Source of the DNA: Actinomycetes bacterium
Lineage (GTDB): Bacteria > Actinomycetota > Acidimicrobiia > Acidimicrobiales > RAAP-2
Reading direction: 5' to 3'
DNA: 64,000 bases
Assembly (NCBI GenBank): GCA_021790675.1
Contig: JAJYGN010000063.1
Coordinates: 3,458 to 67,457, forward strand
Both the position numbers and the translations under genes were made by a program. The notes below the pieces were generated by a model. It saw only the letters and a list, made by a program, of their open reading frames with translations, searched no databases and was not told where the DNA came from. Shown piece by piece: positions 51,773 to 60,178 of the stretch (position 1 is its first letter; each line of letters starts with the position of its first letter).

Positions 51773-53354
51773 CGTCAGGCCACGCTAGTGCGGGCGACGC
51801 CTCCAGCTCGGCGCGAATCGCCGCCAGGCGGGCGCGCCGCGCGTCGCCTTCGAGGGGCGCGTTGCGCCGGGCGATTCTCTCGATCGCCGCCTGCACCGGC
51901 TCGAGGAATCGCGAGGGGGACCGGTCGGGGTAGCGGGGATCGTTGCGGCCCCGATTCCAGGTGATGAGAAGGGTTTCCTCGGCCCGGGTCAGCGCCACGT
52001 AGGCCAGGCGGCGTTCTTCGGCCAGGTCGCCCGCGCTCGTCGCGTTGTAGTGGGGCAGCAGGCCCTCGGCCCAGCCGATCGTCGCCACGTGGCGGAACTC
52101 GAGTCCCTTGGCTCGGTGGATCGTTGAGAGGGTCACGGCGTCGGCGTGGTCGTCTTCGAGCCGGCGGTCACCACTCATGAGGTCCGAGGCTGGCGCGTGA
52201 TCGAGACCGCTGCGCTTGTGGGGGATGGCGGCCGCGTCGAGTTGGCCCGCCACCACGTCGAGTTGGGCGTTGGTGCGCGCGAGCACCGCCATCGAGCGCC
52301 AGGGGCTCTGGGTTCGGTGCGTCGCCGCGAGCCAGGCCGCCACGTGGCGGGCCTCGTCCTCGTCGGTGTCGTAGCGGCGCACCTTGGGGATCTCGCCGTC
52401 GTCCTTGGCCGGCTCGATGCCCGCGGCGCCGTCCTCGAGAAGCGTGTTGGCGACTTCGACGATGTGCGCCGTCGAGCGGTGATTGCGTGTGAGATCGAGT
52501 ACCAGAGTGTCGGGCCAGGTGCTCAGGATCTCCTCGATCAGGCGCGGCGCCGCGCCGTTGAACCCGTAGATCGACTGGTTCGGGTCGCCGACGCAGAACA
52601 GGTCCGGGTCCTCGCCGGCCATCTCGCGCAGCAGCGCGAACTGCAGGGGGTTCATGTCCTGGGTTTCGTCCACTGAGAGTGCACGGGTGCGGTGGCGAAA
52701 CGAGGCGCGCACCGTCGGCTCCTCGCGCAAGAGGGTGATCGCCTCGCCGAGCAGGAGATCGAAGTCGAGCACGCCACGGCTGCGGCACAGCCCGACGTAG
52801 CGGTCCAGGGCCTCGGCGAAGTGCGCGAGGGGCAGCGGCGGGTCGCGATGCAGGCGCCGCGCGTACTTCGCGTATGAGGTCCCGTTGTAGCCCTGGCCGA
52901 GAGCCCAGCCGATCTCTTGTTCCAGTCGCGGCACCTGCCACTCGTCGACCGACTCGCCCGCCGCGCGCATCTGCGCGGCCAGAGCGCTCACCAGGCGGCG
53001 GCGCTGGGGCTCGATCACGAGTGGTCGCAAGTGCTGGTCCTCGCGGTACTGATTGACGATGGTCATGGCGGCGCGGTGGAACGTTCCGGCGCGCACGTCG
53101 CGTACGCCGGCGCGCGCCAGTCGGCGGCGCAACTCGTCGCCGGCCTTGCGCGTGAAGGTCATGACGAGCACCTGGTCCGCGTCGAGCTCGCCCGAGGCGA
53201 TGCGCCGCAGCAGGCGCAGCGTCAGCACGTGGGTCTTGCCCGAGCCCGCGCTGGCGCGCACGAGCAGGCGACGCGCCGGCGACATGACGGCCTCGCGCTG
53301 CTCGGGGGTGAGACCGTCGAGCAGGTCGGTCGAAAAGGTCGCCTCGCCAGCCAT
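51747..53354 (-). CDS. UvrD/Rep-family SF1A helicase (short form)
   Basis: LTPEQ, ASAGSGKT, TFTRKA, DETQD, GDPNQSIYGF, NHRS, ARTN, STIHRAKGLEF, EERRLAYVALTRA. Confidence 0.92.
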   Translation of the reverse strand: MAGEATFSTDLLDGLTPEQREAVMSPARRLLVRASAGSGKTHVLTLRLLRRIASGELDADQVLVMTFTRKAGDELRRRLARAGVRDVRAGTFHRAAMTIVNQYREDQHLRPLVIEPQRRRLVSALAAQMRAAGESVDEWQVPRLEQEIGWALGQGYNGTSYAKYARRLHRDPPLPLAHFAEALDRYVGLCRSRGVLDFDLLLGEAITLLREEPTVRASFRHRTRALSVDETQDMNPLQFALLREMAGEDPDLFCVGDPNQSIYGFNGAAPRLIEEILSTWPDTLVLDLTRNHRSTAHIVEVANTLLEDGAAGIEPAKDDGEIPKVRRYDTDEDEARHVAAWLAATHRTQSPWRSMAVLARTNAQLDVVAGQLDAAAIPHKRSGLDHAPASDLMSGDRRLEDDHADAVTLSTIHRAKGLEFRHVATIGWAEGLLPHYNATSAGDLAEERRLAYVALTRAEETLLITWNRGRNDPRYPDRSPSRFLEPVQAAIERIARRNAPLEGDARRARLAAIRAELEASPALAWPDDGRHDASR

Positions 53355-53413
53355 GGTCCCCCCGACGCTACCGGGCGCCCGTGACGCCGTCGGCGCGTCG
53401 GTAACCTGATGGG

Positions 53414-54154
53414 GTGCTCAAAGCCCTCGGAGACGGAACTCTCTTTGGCGAGGCCTTCGGCGAGGGCCCGGTTCGCGTCATCTGGCTCCACGGCTGGGCC
53501 CGTCGCGGCCAGGATTTCACGGCCGCTGCCCGTGAGCTGGCCGAGCGGGGGATCGCCTCGCTCGCGATCGATCTGCCGGGCTTTGGCGCCTCGCTGGCGC
53601 CGACGCGCGCCGGGGGCGCGCGATACTACGCCGACCTGGTGGTCCCGGCGATACCTGAGGATGGCAGCCTCGTCCTGGTCGGCCACTCCCTGGGCGGGCG
53701 CGTCGCCGTGGTGCTCGCCGCCGCGCAGCCCGAGCGCTACCGCGAGGTGATCCTCGTCGGCGCGCCGCTGCTTCGCGGAGCCCCCGGGAAGTCACCTTGG
53801 CGCTACCGGCTGGTGCGCGCGCTGGCGCGTCGTCACCTCCTGTCGCCCGCGCGCCTCGAGGCCGCGCGCCAGCGCTTCGGTTCGCCCGACTATCGCGCGG
53901 CCAGCGGCGTGATGCGTGACGTGCTGGTCACCATGGTCGCCGAGAGCTACGAGGACGAGCTGTCGCGCCTCGCGGTCCCGCTGCACCTCCTCTGGGGTGC
54001 CAACGACACCGAGGCCCGCGTTGACGTCGCGCAGCGGGCCATCACCATGGTCGGCGCGCCGGCGCGCCTGACGGTGCTCGAAGGCGTGGGCCACCTGGTG
54101 CCCACGGAGTCTCCCGAGGCGCTCGTGCGCGCGGTTCTCGAGGCCCTCGCGTGA
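53414..54154 (+). CDS. Alpha/beta hydrolase
   Basis: LHGW, DLPGFG, GHSLGG, WGAND, GHL. Confidence 0.9.
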   Translation: MLKALGDGTLFGEAFGEGPVRVIWLHGWARRGQDFTAAARELAERGIASLAIDLPGFGASLAPTRAGGARYYADLVVPAIPEDGSLVLVGHSLGGRVAVVLAAAQPERYREVILVGAPLLRGAPGKSPWRYRLVRALARRHLLSPARLEAARQRFGSPDYRAASGVMRDVLVTMVAESYEDELSRLAVPLHLLWGANDTEARVDVAQRAITMVGAPARLTVLEGVGHLVPTESPEALVRAVLEALA

Positions 54155-55707
54155 TCGTCGCGATTCTCGGATCGATCGGACTGGCGCTCGCCTTCGCGGC
54201 TCAGATGGCGCGGTGGCTGCGCGTCCTGCAGCGAGAGCACTACGACCCGCACGCGATGATCCGCTTCCTCGGGCGTTGGTCCTCTCCACCGGTGGGGCCC
54301 GCGAGCGCACCCTCGCGCGTGCGCGACCGGCGCCCGGTCACACTCAGCCACATCCTGGTCGTCGTCTTTCTCGTCGCACTGATCCTGCACAGCGACGCCC
54401 TCGTGGTGGCGGTCACGATCGTCTACGGCCTCTTCGCGCCGACGGGGCTCGGACTGCGCGGTCGCACCGGCGCGCTGCGCTTCACGCGCCGCCTCAGCAC
54501 GATCGCGGCGCTGGTCGTGGCCGTAGGTGTCGTCGTGGCTACGCTCGGCGCGTTCGCGCCGCGGCCGTGGCTGCTCGGGGCCGCCGTCGTGTGGGCGGTG
54601 CCAATGCTGATCAGCGCGGCGACGCGCTCACTTGGGCCCTACGAGCGCCGACGGGCCCGGGCCTTCGTCGAGTCCGCACAGCGCCGTCTCGCCGCCGTTG
54701 GACCTCGCGTCGTGGGCATCACCGGCTCCTACGGCAAGACCTCGACCAAGAGCCACCTGGCCGATCTGCTGGCTGGCACCGGCGTGGTAGCTTCGCCGGC
54801 GAGCTACAACAACCAAGCGGGTTTGTCGCGGGCGATCAACGAGAACCTCGCCGACGGCACGCGCGTCTTCGTCGCCGAGATGGGCACCTACGGCCCCGGC
54901 GAGATCCGTGAACTGTGCGCCTGGTGTCCGCCGGAGATCGCGATCGTCACCGCCATCGGCCCGGTGCACCTCGAGCGGATGGGCAGCCTGGACGTGATCG
55001 AGACGGCGAAGTTTGAGATCACCGAGCGCGCGTCGACGGTCGTGGTCAACGTCGACGACACGCGCCTCGCCGGCTGGGTGGGTCGTCTGCGCGCCACCGG
55101 CAAGACGGTGGTGCGCGCGAGCGCGCGTGCCGGCGACGCCGATGTCGTGGTCACTTCCGGTCCTCGCTGGCGTGTCATCATTCGCGGCGAGGAGGTAGGC
55201 GAACTCGAGGCTCGCGCTGGTCTACAGGCGTCCAACGTCGCCTGCGCCCTCGCCGCCGCGCTCGAGCTCGGCCTGGCGCGCGGCGAGGTGATCGAACGCC
55301 TGAATGGCCTTTCGAGCGTGGCCCATCGCGCCCAGGTGGGACTCGCTCCCTCGGGGGTCACGGTGATCGACGACACGTTCAACGCCAACCCGGCGAGCGC
55401 CGAGGCGTCACTGGCGTTGCTCTTCGGCCTCGACGTGCCCGGCCGGCGCGTCGTCGTCACGCCGGGACTGATCGAGCTGGGCAACCTGCAGCCCGGCGCC
55501 AACATCTCCCTGGCCCAGAAGGTGCTGGCACGTGGCGGTGAGCTCGTTGTGGTCGGGCGCACCAACGCGCTTGAGCTGATGCGCGGCGCCGAGAATCACG
55601 CTCGGCGAGTGGACCGGCGCGAGCAGGCGGTTACCTGGGTGCGAGAGTCACTAGGGGCGGGCGATGCGGTGTTGTATCTCAACGATCTGCCCGACCACTA
55701 CCCTTGA
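54151..55707 (+). CDS. murF: MurF-type Mur ligase with N-terminal membrane segments
   Basis: GITGSYGKTSTK, SYNN, EMG, IDDTFNANP, VTPGLIELG, C-terminal NDLPDHY. Confidence 0.85.
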   Translation: MIVAILGSIGLALAFAAQMARWLRVLQREHYDPHAMIRFLGRWSSPPVGPASAPSRVRDRRPVTLSHILVVVFLVALILHSDALVVAVTIVYGLFAPTGLGLRGRTGALRFTRRLSTIAALVVAVGVVVATLGAFAPRPWLLGAAVVWAVPMLISAATRSLGPYERRRARAFVESAQRRLAAVGPRVVGITGSYGKTSTKSHLADLLAGTGVVASPASYNNQAGLSRAINENLADGTRVFVAEMGTYGPGEIRELCAWCPPEIAIVTAIGPVHLERMGSLDVIETAKFEITERASTVVVNVDDTRLAGWVGRLRATGKTVVRASARAGDADVVVTSGPRWRVIIRGEEVGELEARAGLQASNVACALAAALELGLARGEVIERLNGLSSVAHRAQVGLAPSGVTVIDDTFNANPASAEASLALLFGLDVPGRRVVVTPGLIELGNLQPGANISLAQKVLARGGELVVVGRTNALELMRGAENHARRVDRREQAVTWVRESLGAGDAVLYLNDLPDHYP

Positions 55708-55731
55708 GTACTTGATGATGAGGCAGGTAGC

Positions 55732-56835
55732 GTGACGACGGCAGTTCTCTTCGGCGGGCCGAGCCCGGAACACGACATCTCCATCCTGACTGGACTGCAG
55801 GCGCTGCGCGAGCTCGAGCGCTCCCGCGAGGTCGTGGGCATCTACTGGACCAAGACCGGCGCCTTCTACAGCGTCGCCGCGGGCGTCGAGGCCGAATCGT
55901 TCATCGACGGATTGCCGCGCGGATCGAGCGAACTGGCCCTTCGCGTCGGTGACGGCGGCGGCTTTGTCGCTACGGCCGGTCGCCTCGGGCGCGAGCGGCG
56001 CCTCGATTTTGACGCGGTCGTCATGGCGACCCACGGCGGCCCCGGCGAAGACGGCTCGCTCCAGGCCGCCCTCGACCTGGCCGGCGTCGCCTACAGCGGG
56101 CCCAGCGTCGCTGGCGCCGCGCTCGGCATGGACAAGTGGGCCTTCGGCGCGGTGGTCGCCGCGGCCGGCCTGGCCACGCTGCCGCGCGCCCTGCTCAGCC
56201 CCGAGACCGCGACGCTGGATTTCGCCGGGCCCTACATCTTGAAGCCGCGCTTTGGCGGATCCTCGATCGGCATCGACGTCGTAGCCGACCTGGCCACGGC
56301 TCAGGCGCGCCTCGCGACGAACACGCACCTCGCGCGCGGCTGCGTGGTCGAGCCCTTTCGCAGCGACCTGGTCGACGTGCAGATCGCCGTGCGGACGTTT
56401 CCCGCGATTGACCTCTCGGCGATCGAGAGGCCCATTCGACGCAGCGAGAACGCTGAGATCCTCAACTACCGCGACAAGTACGTCGGCGGCGAGGGGATGG
56501 TGTCGGCGCCGCGCGAGCTGCCCGCGCGCTTGGCGCCGGGCCAACGCGAGCAGATTGAACACGCCGCCCGAGTCCTCGTCGAGGCGGCGTCGGTGCGCGG
56601 CGTGGCGCGCATCGACTTTCTGGCCAGCGACGACGAGCTCTACGTCAACGAGATCAACACGATCCCCGGCTCGTTGGCCAAGCACCTCTTTGTCGACCCG
56701 CCCCTCGCCTTCTCGCGGCTACTCGAGGATTTGGTCACCGAGGCGTCCACCCGGCCCGCGCGCCACTTCAGCGCGGCCGGCGCCGACGGGACCGTGCTGC
56801 GCAGTGCCGGCTCCATCGCCGCCAAACTCGCGTAG
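55732..56835 (+). CDS. ddl: D-alanine-D-alanine ligase
   Basis: FGGPSPEHDIS, HGGPGEDG, MDK, KP.FGGSSIG, YRDKY, ARIDF, NEINTIPG. Confidence 0.92.
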   Translation: MTTAVLFGGPSPEHDISILTGLQALRELERSREVVGIYWTKTGAFYSVAAGVEAESFIDGLPRGSSELALRVGDGGGFVATAGRLGRERRLDFDAVVMATHGGPGEDGSLQAALDLAGVAYSGPSVAGAALGMDKWAFGAVVAAAGLATLPRALLSPETATLDFAGPYILKPRFGGSSIGIDVVADLATAQARLATNTHLARGCVVEPFRSDLVDVQIAVRTFPAIDLSAIERPIRRSENAEILNYRDKYVGGEGMVSAPRELPARLAPGQREQIEHAARVLVEAASVRGVARIDFLASDDELYVNEINTIPGSLAKHLFVDPPLAFSRLLEDLVTEASTRPARHFSAAGADGTVLRSAGSIAAKLA

Positions 56836-58383
56836 GCGCGGCACCGCGGCCAGGGCCGTCGCCAGGGTGTCGCTGTAGGGGTCGAGCAGGCGGCCGCGCT
56901 CGATTGCCCAGAACGCCAGATCGACGTCGCCGGCTACGAGCGCCCAGCGCGATAGGGCCAGGGCGGCCCACTCGCCCTCGCGCACGAGCCGCGCCCAGTG
57001 GCCCTCGGCGAGGAACCACTCGAAGCCGCGCAGTGCGCTAGCGAGCGGCTCGCCCTGGACGAGCGAGAGCGCCTCGACAAGCGTGGCGTGCCCGCCACTC
57101 GCACGACCCTCGGCGACCAGGCGGTGGAACTCCTCGACGTCGCTGTCGACGTCGTGGGTGAGATAGAGCCCCGCGGAGCTGACGGGGTGCAGTCGCGGGC
57201 CCCGCTCGTCGACGCCCAGGCTGCGACGAACCGCACTCGCCGTGTTGGCGAGCGTGCGCACGGAGGCGTCTGCGTCGGCGTGGGCCAGGACGCGTGTACG
57301 TAGCCGGTCGCCGGTGACCGGTTCGTGCCGGTGCAGCGCGAGGTAGGCCACCATCTCGACGCAGCGCCGGCGCAGAGTGGCCGTGAAGGGCTCGGCGAGG
57401 CCGACCACTACCGGTTCGGCGCGCAGCAGTTCGACGCGCACCGTGCGGCCCGCGGCAGCGCTCGGTGCCGATCCCAGAACGAGAGTCTCGCTGGCGCGCG
57501 CGGCGCGCACGCGCGCCACTACCACGGCGTGCTCGGCGAGTGCCGCATCGACCGGCGGGCCGTCGTAGAGGACGAGGGTCGAGCCCAATGTGCGCGTCGC
57601 CAGGTGGCGCAGCAGCTCGTCCTCGGTACGGGCCAGTCGCAGGGTGCCACCGCGGTGCGCGGCCACGCAGCCGTCGGCGATCTCCTCGGCGGTGCTCGTC
57701 GCCGGCACCCTCAGGCGTCCCCCTTCGCGGGCGAAGGACACGACGGTTCCGTCCTCGTCCTCGTCGAGGACGAGGACGCACAGCGCGGCCTCTTCTTCCA
57801 CGGCGAGGAAGGAGTAGTCGCCAGAGAGGCGCACCACGCCGTCACGGCGGCCGCGCAGGAGATGGTTCACGCCGGCGAGGAGTCGGGGGTTGCCGCGGCG
57901 TAGCAGCGCAATGGTGCCATCGACGTCGTCGTCGTTCTCGCCGACCTCTCGCAGGGCGTCGCGCCGTCGACGAGCGGCGATCGCGAGGGCCACTGGACTG
58001 ATCGCTCCGACGGGGGCGTGGCCGTGGCCGTGAGAGCCCGCTGCGACGAGTGAGCTCATAGACGCGGAGCCCGACGCCCGCGAGGGGGCGTGGGCGAGGC
58101 CCGGTGCCAAGAGGAACGCCGCGATCGTCACGACGAGGCCGGCCAGCCAGGCACTGCCACCCGCCCCGGCGCTCTCGCCACGGCGAAGCCGGGCGACCTG
58201 ACGAAGGACCTGAACGAGGAAGGCGAGCCAGAACAGCGAGAGGCCCACCAGCAGCGCTCGCACCACGGACCCGTCGGACAGGCCGGCCGCCACGCGCCAC
58301 TTGTCGACGACCACAATGGGTACCAGCACGAAGTACAGCGCGAGGGCGACGCCGTGGAGCGGACCAGTGGCGAAGCGCTTCAC
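56719..58383 (-). CDS. Membrane protein with C-terminal winged-HTH + BTAD (SARP-like) domains
   Basis: Likely start GTG 58383 coupled to upstream TGA; three hydrophobic N-terminal segments; EMVAYLALH, SAVRRSLG, SDVEEF, ALSLVQGEP, GRLLDPYSD; overlaps the ddl 3' end by 117 bp. Confidence 0.75.
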   Translation of the reverse strand: MKRFATGPLHGVALALYFVLVPIVVVDKWRVAAGLSDGSVVRALLVGLSLFWLAFLVQVLRQVARLRRGESAGAGGSAWLAGLVVTIAAFLLAPGLAHAPSRASGSASMSSLVAAGSHGHGHAPVGAISPVALAIAARRRRDALREVGENDDDVDGTIALLRRGNPRLLAGVNHLLRGRRDGVVRLSGDYSFLAVEEEAALCVLVLDEDEDGTVVSFAREGGRLRVPATSTAEEIADGCVAAHRGGTLRLARTEDELLRHLATRTLGSTLVLYDGPPVDAALAEHAVVVARVRAARASETLVLGSAPSAAAGRTVRVELLRAEPVVVGLAEPFTATLRRRCVEMVAYLALHRHEPVTGDRLRTRVLAHADADASVRTLANTASAVRRSLGVDERGPRLHPVSSAGLYLTHDVDSDVEEFHRLVAEGRASGGHATLVEALSLVQGEPLASALRGFEWFLAEGHWARLVREGEWAALALSRWALVAGDVDLAFWAIERGRLLDPYSDTLATALAAVPRLREFGGDGAGTAQHGPVGAGRAEVARGPGGRLGDQILE

Positions 58384-58949
58384 GAGCGCGGCGCGAGGCG
58401 CCAGGACGTGGCGCTCGTGGTGCTCGCGGTGATCAGCAGTTGGCAGGTCTGGGATCTGTCGATCACGACGAGGTCGGCGAAGGACGTGTTCGCGCGGGGG
58501 CAGACCAGTCGCGTCGCCACTGGGGCGCTCGCCCAGATCTCCCAGGTTCCGGGGCCGTTCAGGGGAACGTCCACGACCTGTCCGCCGGCGAGCACCCCGG
58601 CTACGACGCCGTTCGAGACGCTGGCGCCGACGCCGGACCCGCTTGAGCTCTCGTTCGAAGCGGTCGCGGCGGAGAAGTTCGTCGCGTGCGTCGCCGGTCG
58701 CGACGGCTTCGTCGACGCCGGGGGAGTCCTCGGAGCTCGCCGCAGCGTCGAGGTGGTGCTCGCCGGCGCGAGTGAGGTCGTCGTCGGGATCGACGCTGGA
58801 CTCGTCGTTGGAGCCACGTCGACGCTGACGTGGGGGGAACGCTGGGCCCGCGCCGACGTGGTCATCGAGAAGAGCATCACGAGTAACAAAACGGGGCTCG
58901 ACCACATCACGAGCTGCGCGCCCCAGCGAGATGAACTCGTTTGCGTCAT
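58380..58949 (-). CDS. Secreted Ser/Thr-rich hypothetical protein
   Basis: Signal-peptide-like N-terminus ending ARA, S/T/P linker, small C-terminal beta-type domain with 2 Cys; start uncertain. Confidence 0.65.
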   Translation of the reverse strand: MTQTSSSRWGAQLVMWSSPVLLLVMLFSMTTSARAQRSPHVSVDVAPTTSPASIPTTTSLAPASTTSTLRRAPRTPPASTKPSRPATHATNFSAATASNESSSGSGVGASVSNGVVAGVLAGGQVVDVPLNGPGTWEIWASAPVATRLVCPRANTSFADLVVIDRSQTCQLLITASTTSATSWRLAPRS

Positions 58950-59006
58950 CGGCGTTCCACGGTATCGGGAGACGGTCGGGCTGGTCTGTGGACGAAAGAC
59001 CCAAGC

Positions 59007-59702
59007 TCACACGAGACACCGACGGGCGAATCGTTGGAGCTCGCCGCGCAGTGACGTCGGCGAACTGTGGTCGGCCTGGGCCAGGTCGCGCAGGGATCGC
59101 CCCTCGAAGACTCGGGCGTAGGTCAATCGCGCCAGACGGTCCTCGGGTCCGCCGCGGTAGCTAGCGAGGCGCGCCTCGAGGGTCGAAGACATCTCCGCGG
59201 CCACGTCCATCACGTCAAAGGCCGAGACCTGGGCGACTGCTCCCTTCTCCTTGAGGAGCCAGCGGCGAAGGCGACCACGAAGCGCCGATAGCAAGTCCGG
59301 CGCTGCGTAGGCGCGGTGCTGACCCGCCCAGTCCACGAGGAGCTCGCTCAGAAACCCGAGGGCCACCGCGAAGGTCTCGCCGGGATCGACGATGATGCCC
59401 TGGCCGAAGCGCAGTTGACGGCACACGCTCACCACACCAGGCACCAGCGTCTGAAGGAGAGCGCGGTGCACGCGGGGGTCGGACGCCTCCTCGAGCAGGG
59501 CGGTGACGATCTCGGCTCGTTCGAGGACCGTCCGCCCACCACGGATCTCGAGGGCGCTCACGACGTCGTAGAGGTCGTCGAGACCCTCGAGTTTGAGGTC
59601 GGGGTGACGGTCCCGCAATCGTGCGAGCGCGGATACCGCGTCGGGGGAGCGGCCGGAGCGTTGCCACTCCCGCCGTAGTTGGGCAATGAGGTCAGTGGTC
59701 AT
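59007..59702 (-). CDS. Hypothetical protein with sigma-70 region-4-like C-terminal HTH
   Basis: ATG 59702; ALLQTLVPG helix; C-terminal ARVFEGRSLRDLAQADHSSPTSLRGELQR resembles region 4. Confidence 0.6.
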   Translation of the reverse strand: MTTDLIAQLRREWQRSGRSPDAVSALARLRDRHPDLKLEGLDDLYDVVSALEIRGGRTVLERAEIVTALLEEASDPRVHRALLQTLVPGVVSVCRQLRFGQGIIVDPGETFAVALGFLSELLVDWAGQHRAYAAPDLLSALRGRLRRWLLKEKGAVAQVSAFDVMDVAAEMSSTLEARLASYRGGPEDRLARLTYARVFEGRSLRDLAQADHSSPTSLRGELQRFARRCLV

Positions 59703-59836
59703 GACCCCCAGTCCACGAGGGGTCGCGCACCGAAGGGCTCCTCTGCGCGCACCGTGCCGACGTCCATTTCCCACGCCGACGAGAATGACTTGGCGAACGC
59801 ACCGCGCCGCGCACATAGCGGATCTAGGCTGCGGCC

Positions 59837-60178
59837 ATGGACATCGAAACCTTCTACGAGCAGAACGAGGCGCGACGCGAGAGCGCGGAGTTCGAGTTCG
59901 GAAGCGAGTGGACCGACGCGTCGGGCAACGAGTACGAACTGTCCTGGGTCGAAGCGACCGGTGAGCTCTACCTGATGGTCGAGCCCGACGCGCTGATCAA
60001 TGAGGACATCTTCGGAGATTTCCTCGTGTCGGACGAGGAGATCAGCGAGCTCACCGTGGTGGTGATCGCCAAGGTCGCGTCACTGGCCGCGATCGAGGAC
60101 CAGCTCGAAGGGTGGGAGGACGCAATGCTCGAGGAGAACTCCCTCGAGTGGCTCCACGAACGCTTCGCCTCCGCCTAG
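59837..60178 (+). CDS. Acidic hypothetical protein
   Basis: 113 aa, D/E-rich, host-like codon usage, TAGGCT 6 nt before ATG. Confidence 0.75.
   Translation: MDIETFYEQNEARRESAEFEFGSEWTDASGNEYELSWVEATGELYLMVEPDALINEDIFGDFLVSDEEISELTVVVIAKVASLAAIEDQLEGWEDAMLEENSLEWLHERFASA

Noticed and set aside
58384-59019. 766-aa ORF 56719..59019 as a single protein
   Set aside because: The 5' third overlaps a more plausible secreted-protein ORF in another frame; GTG 58383 is coupled to that ORF's stop
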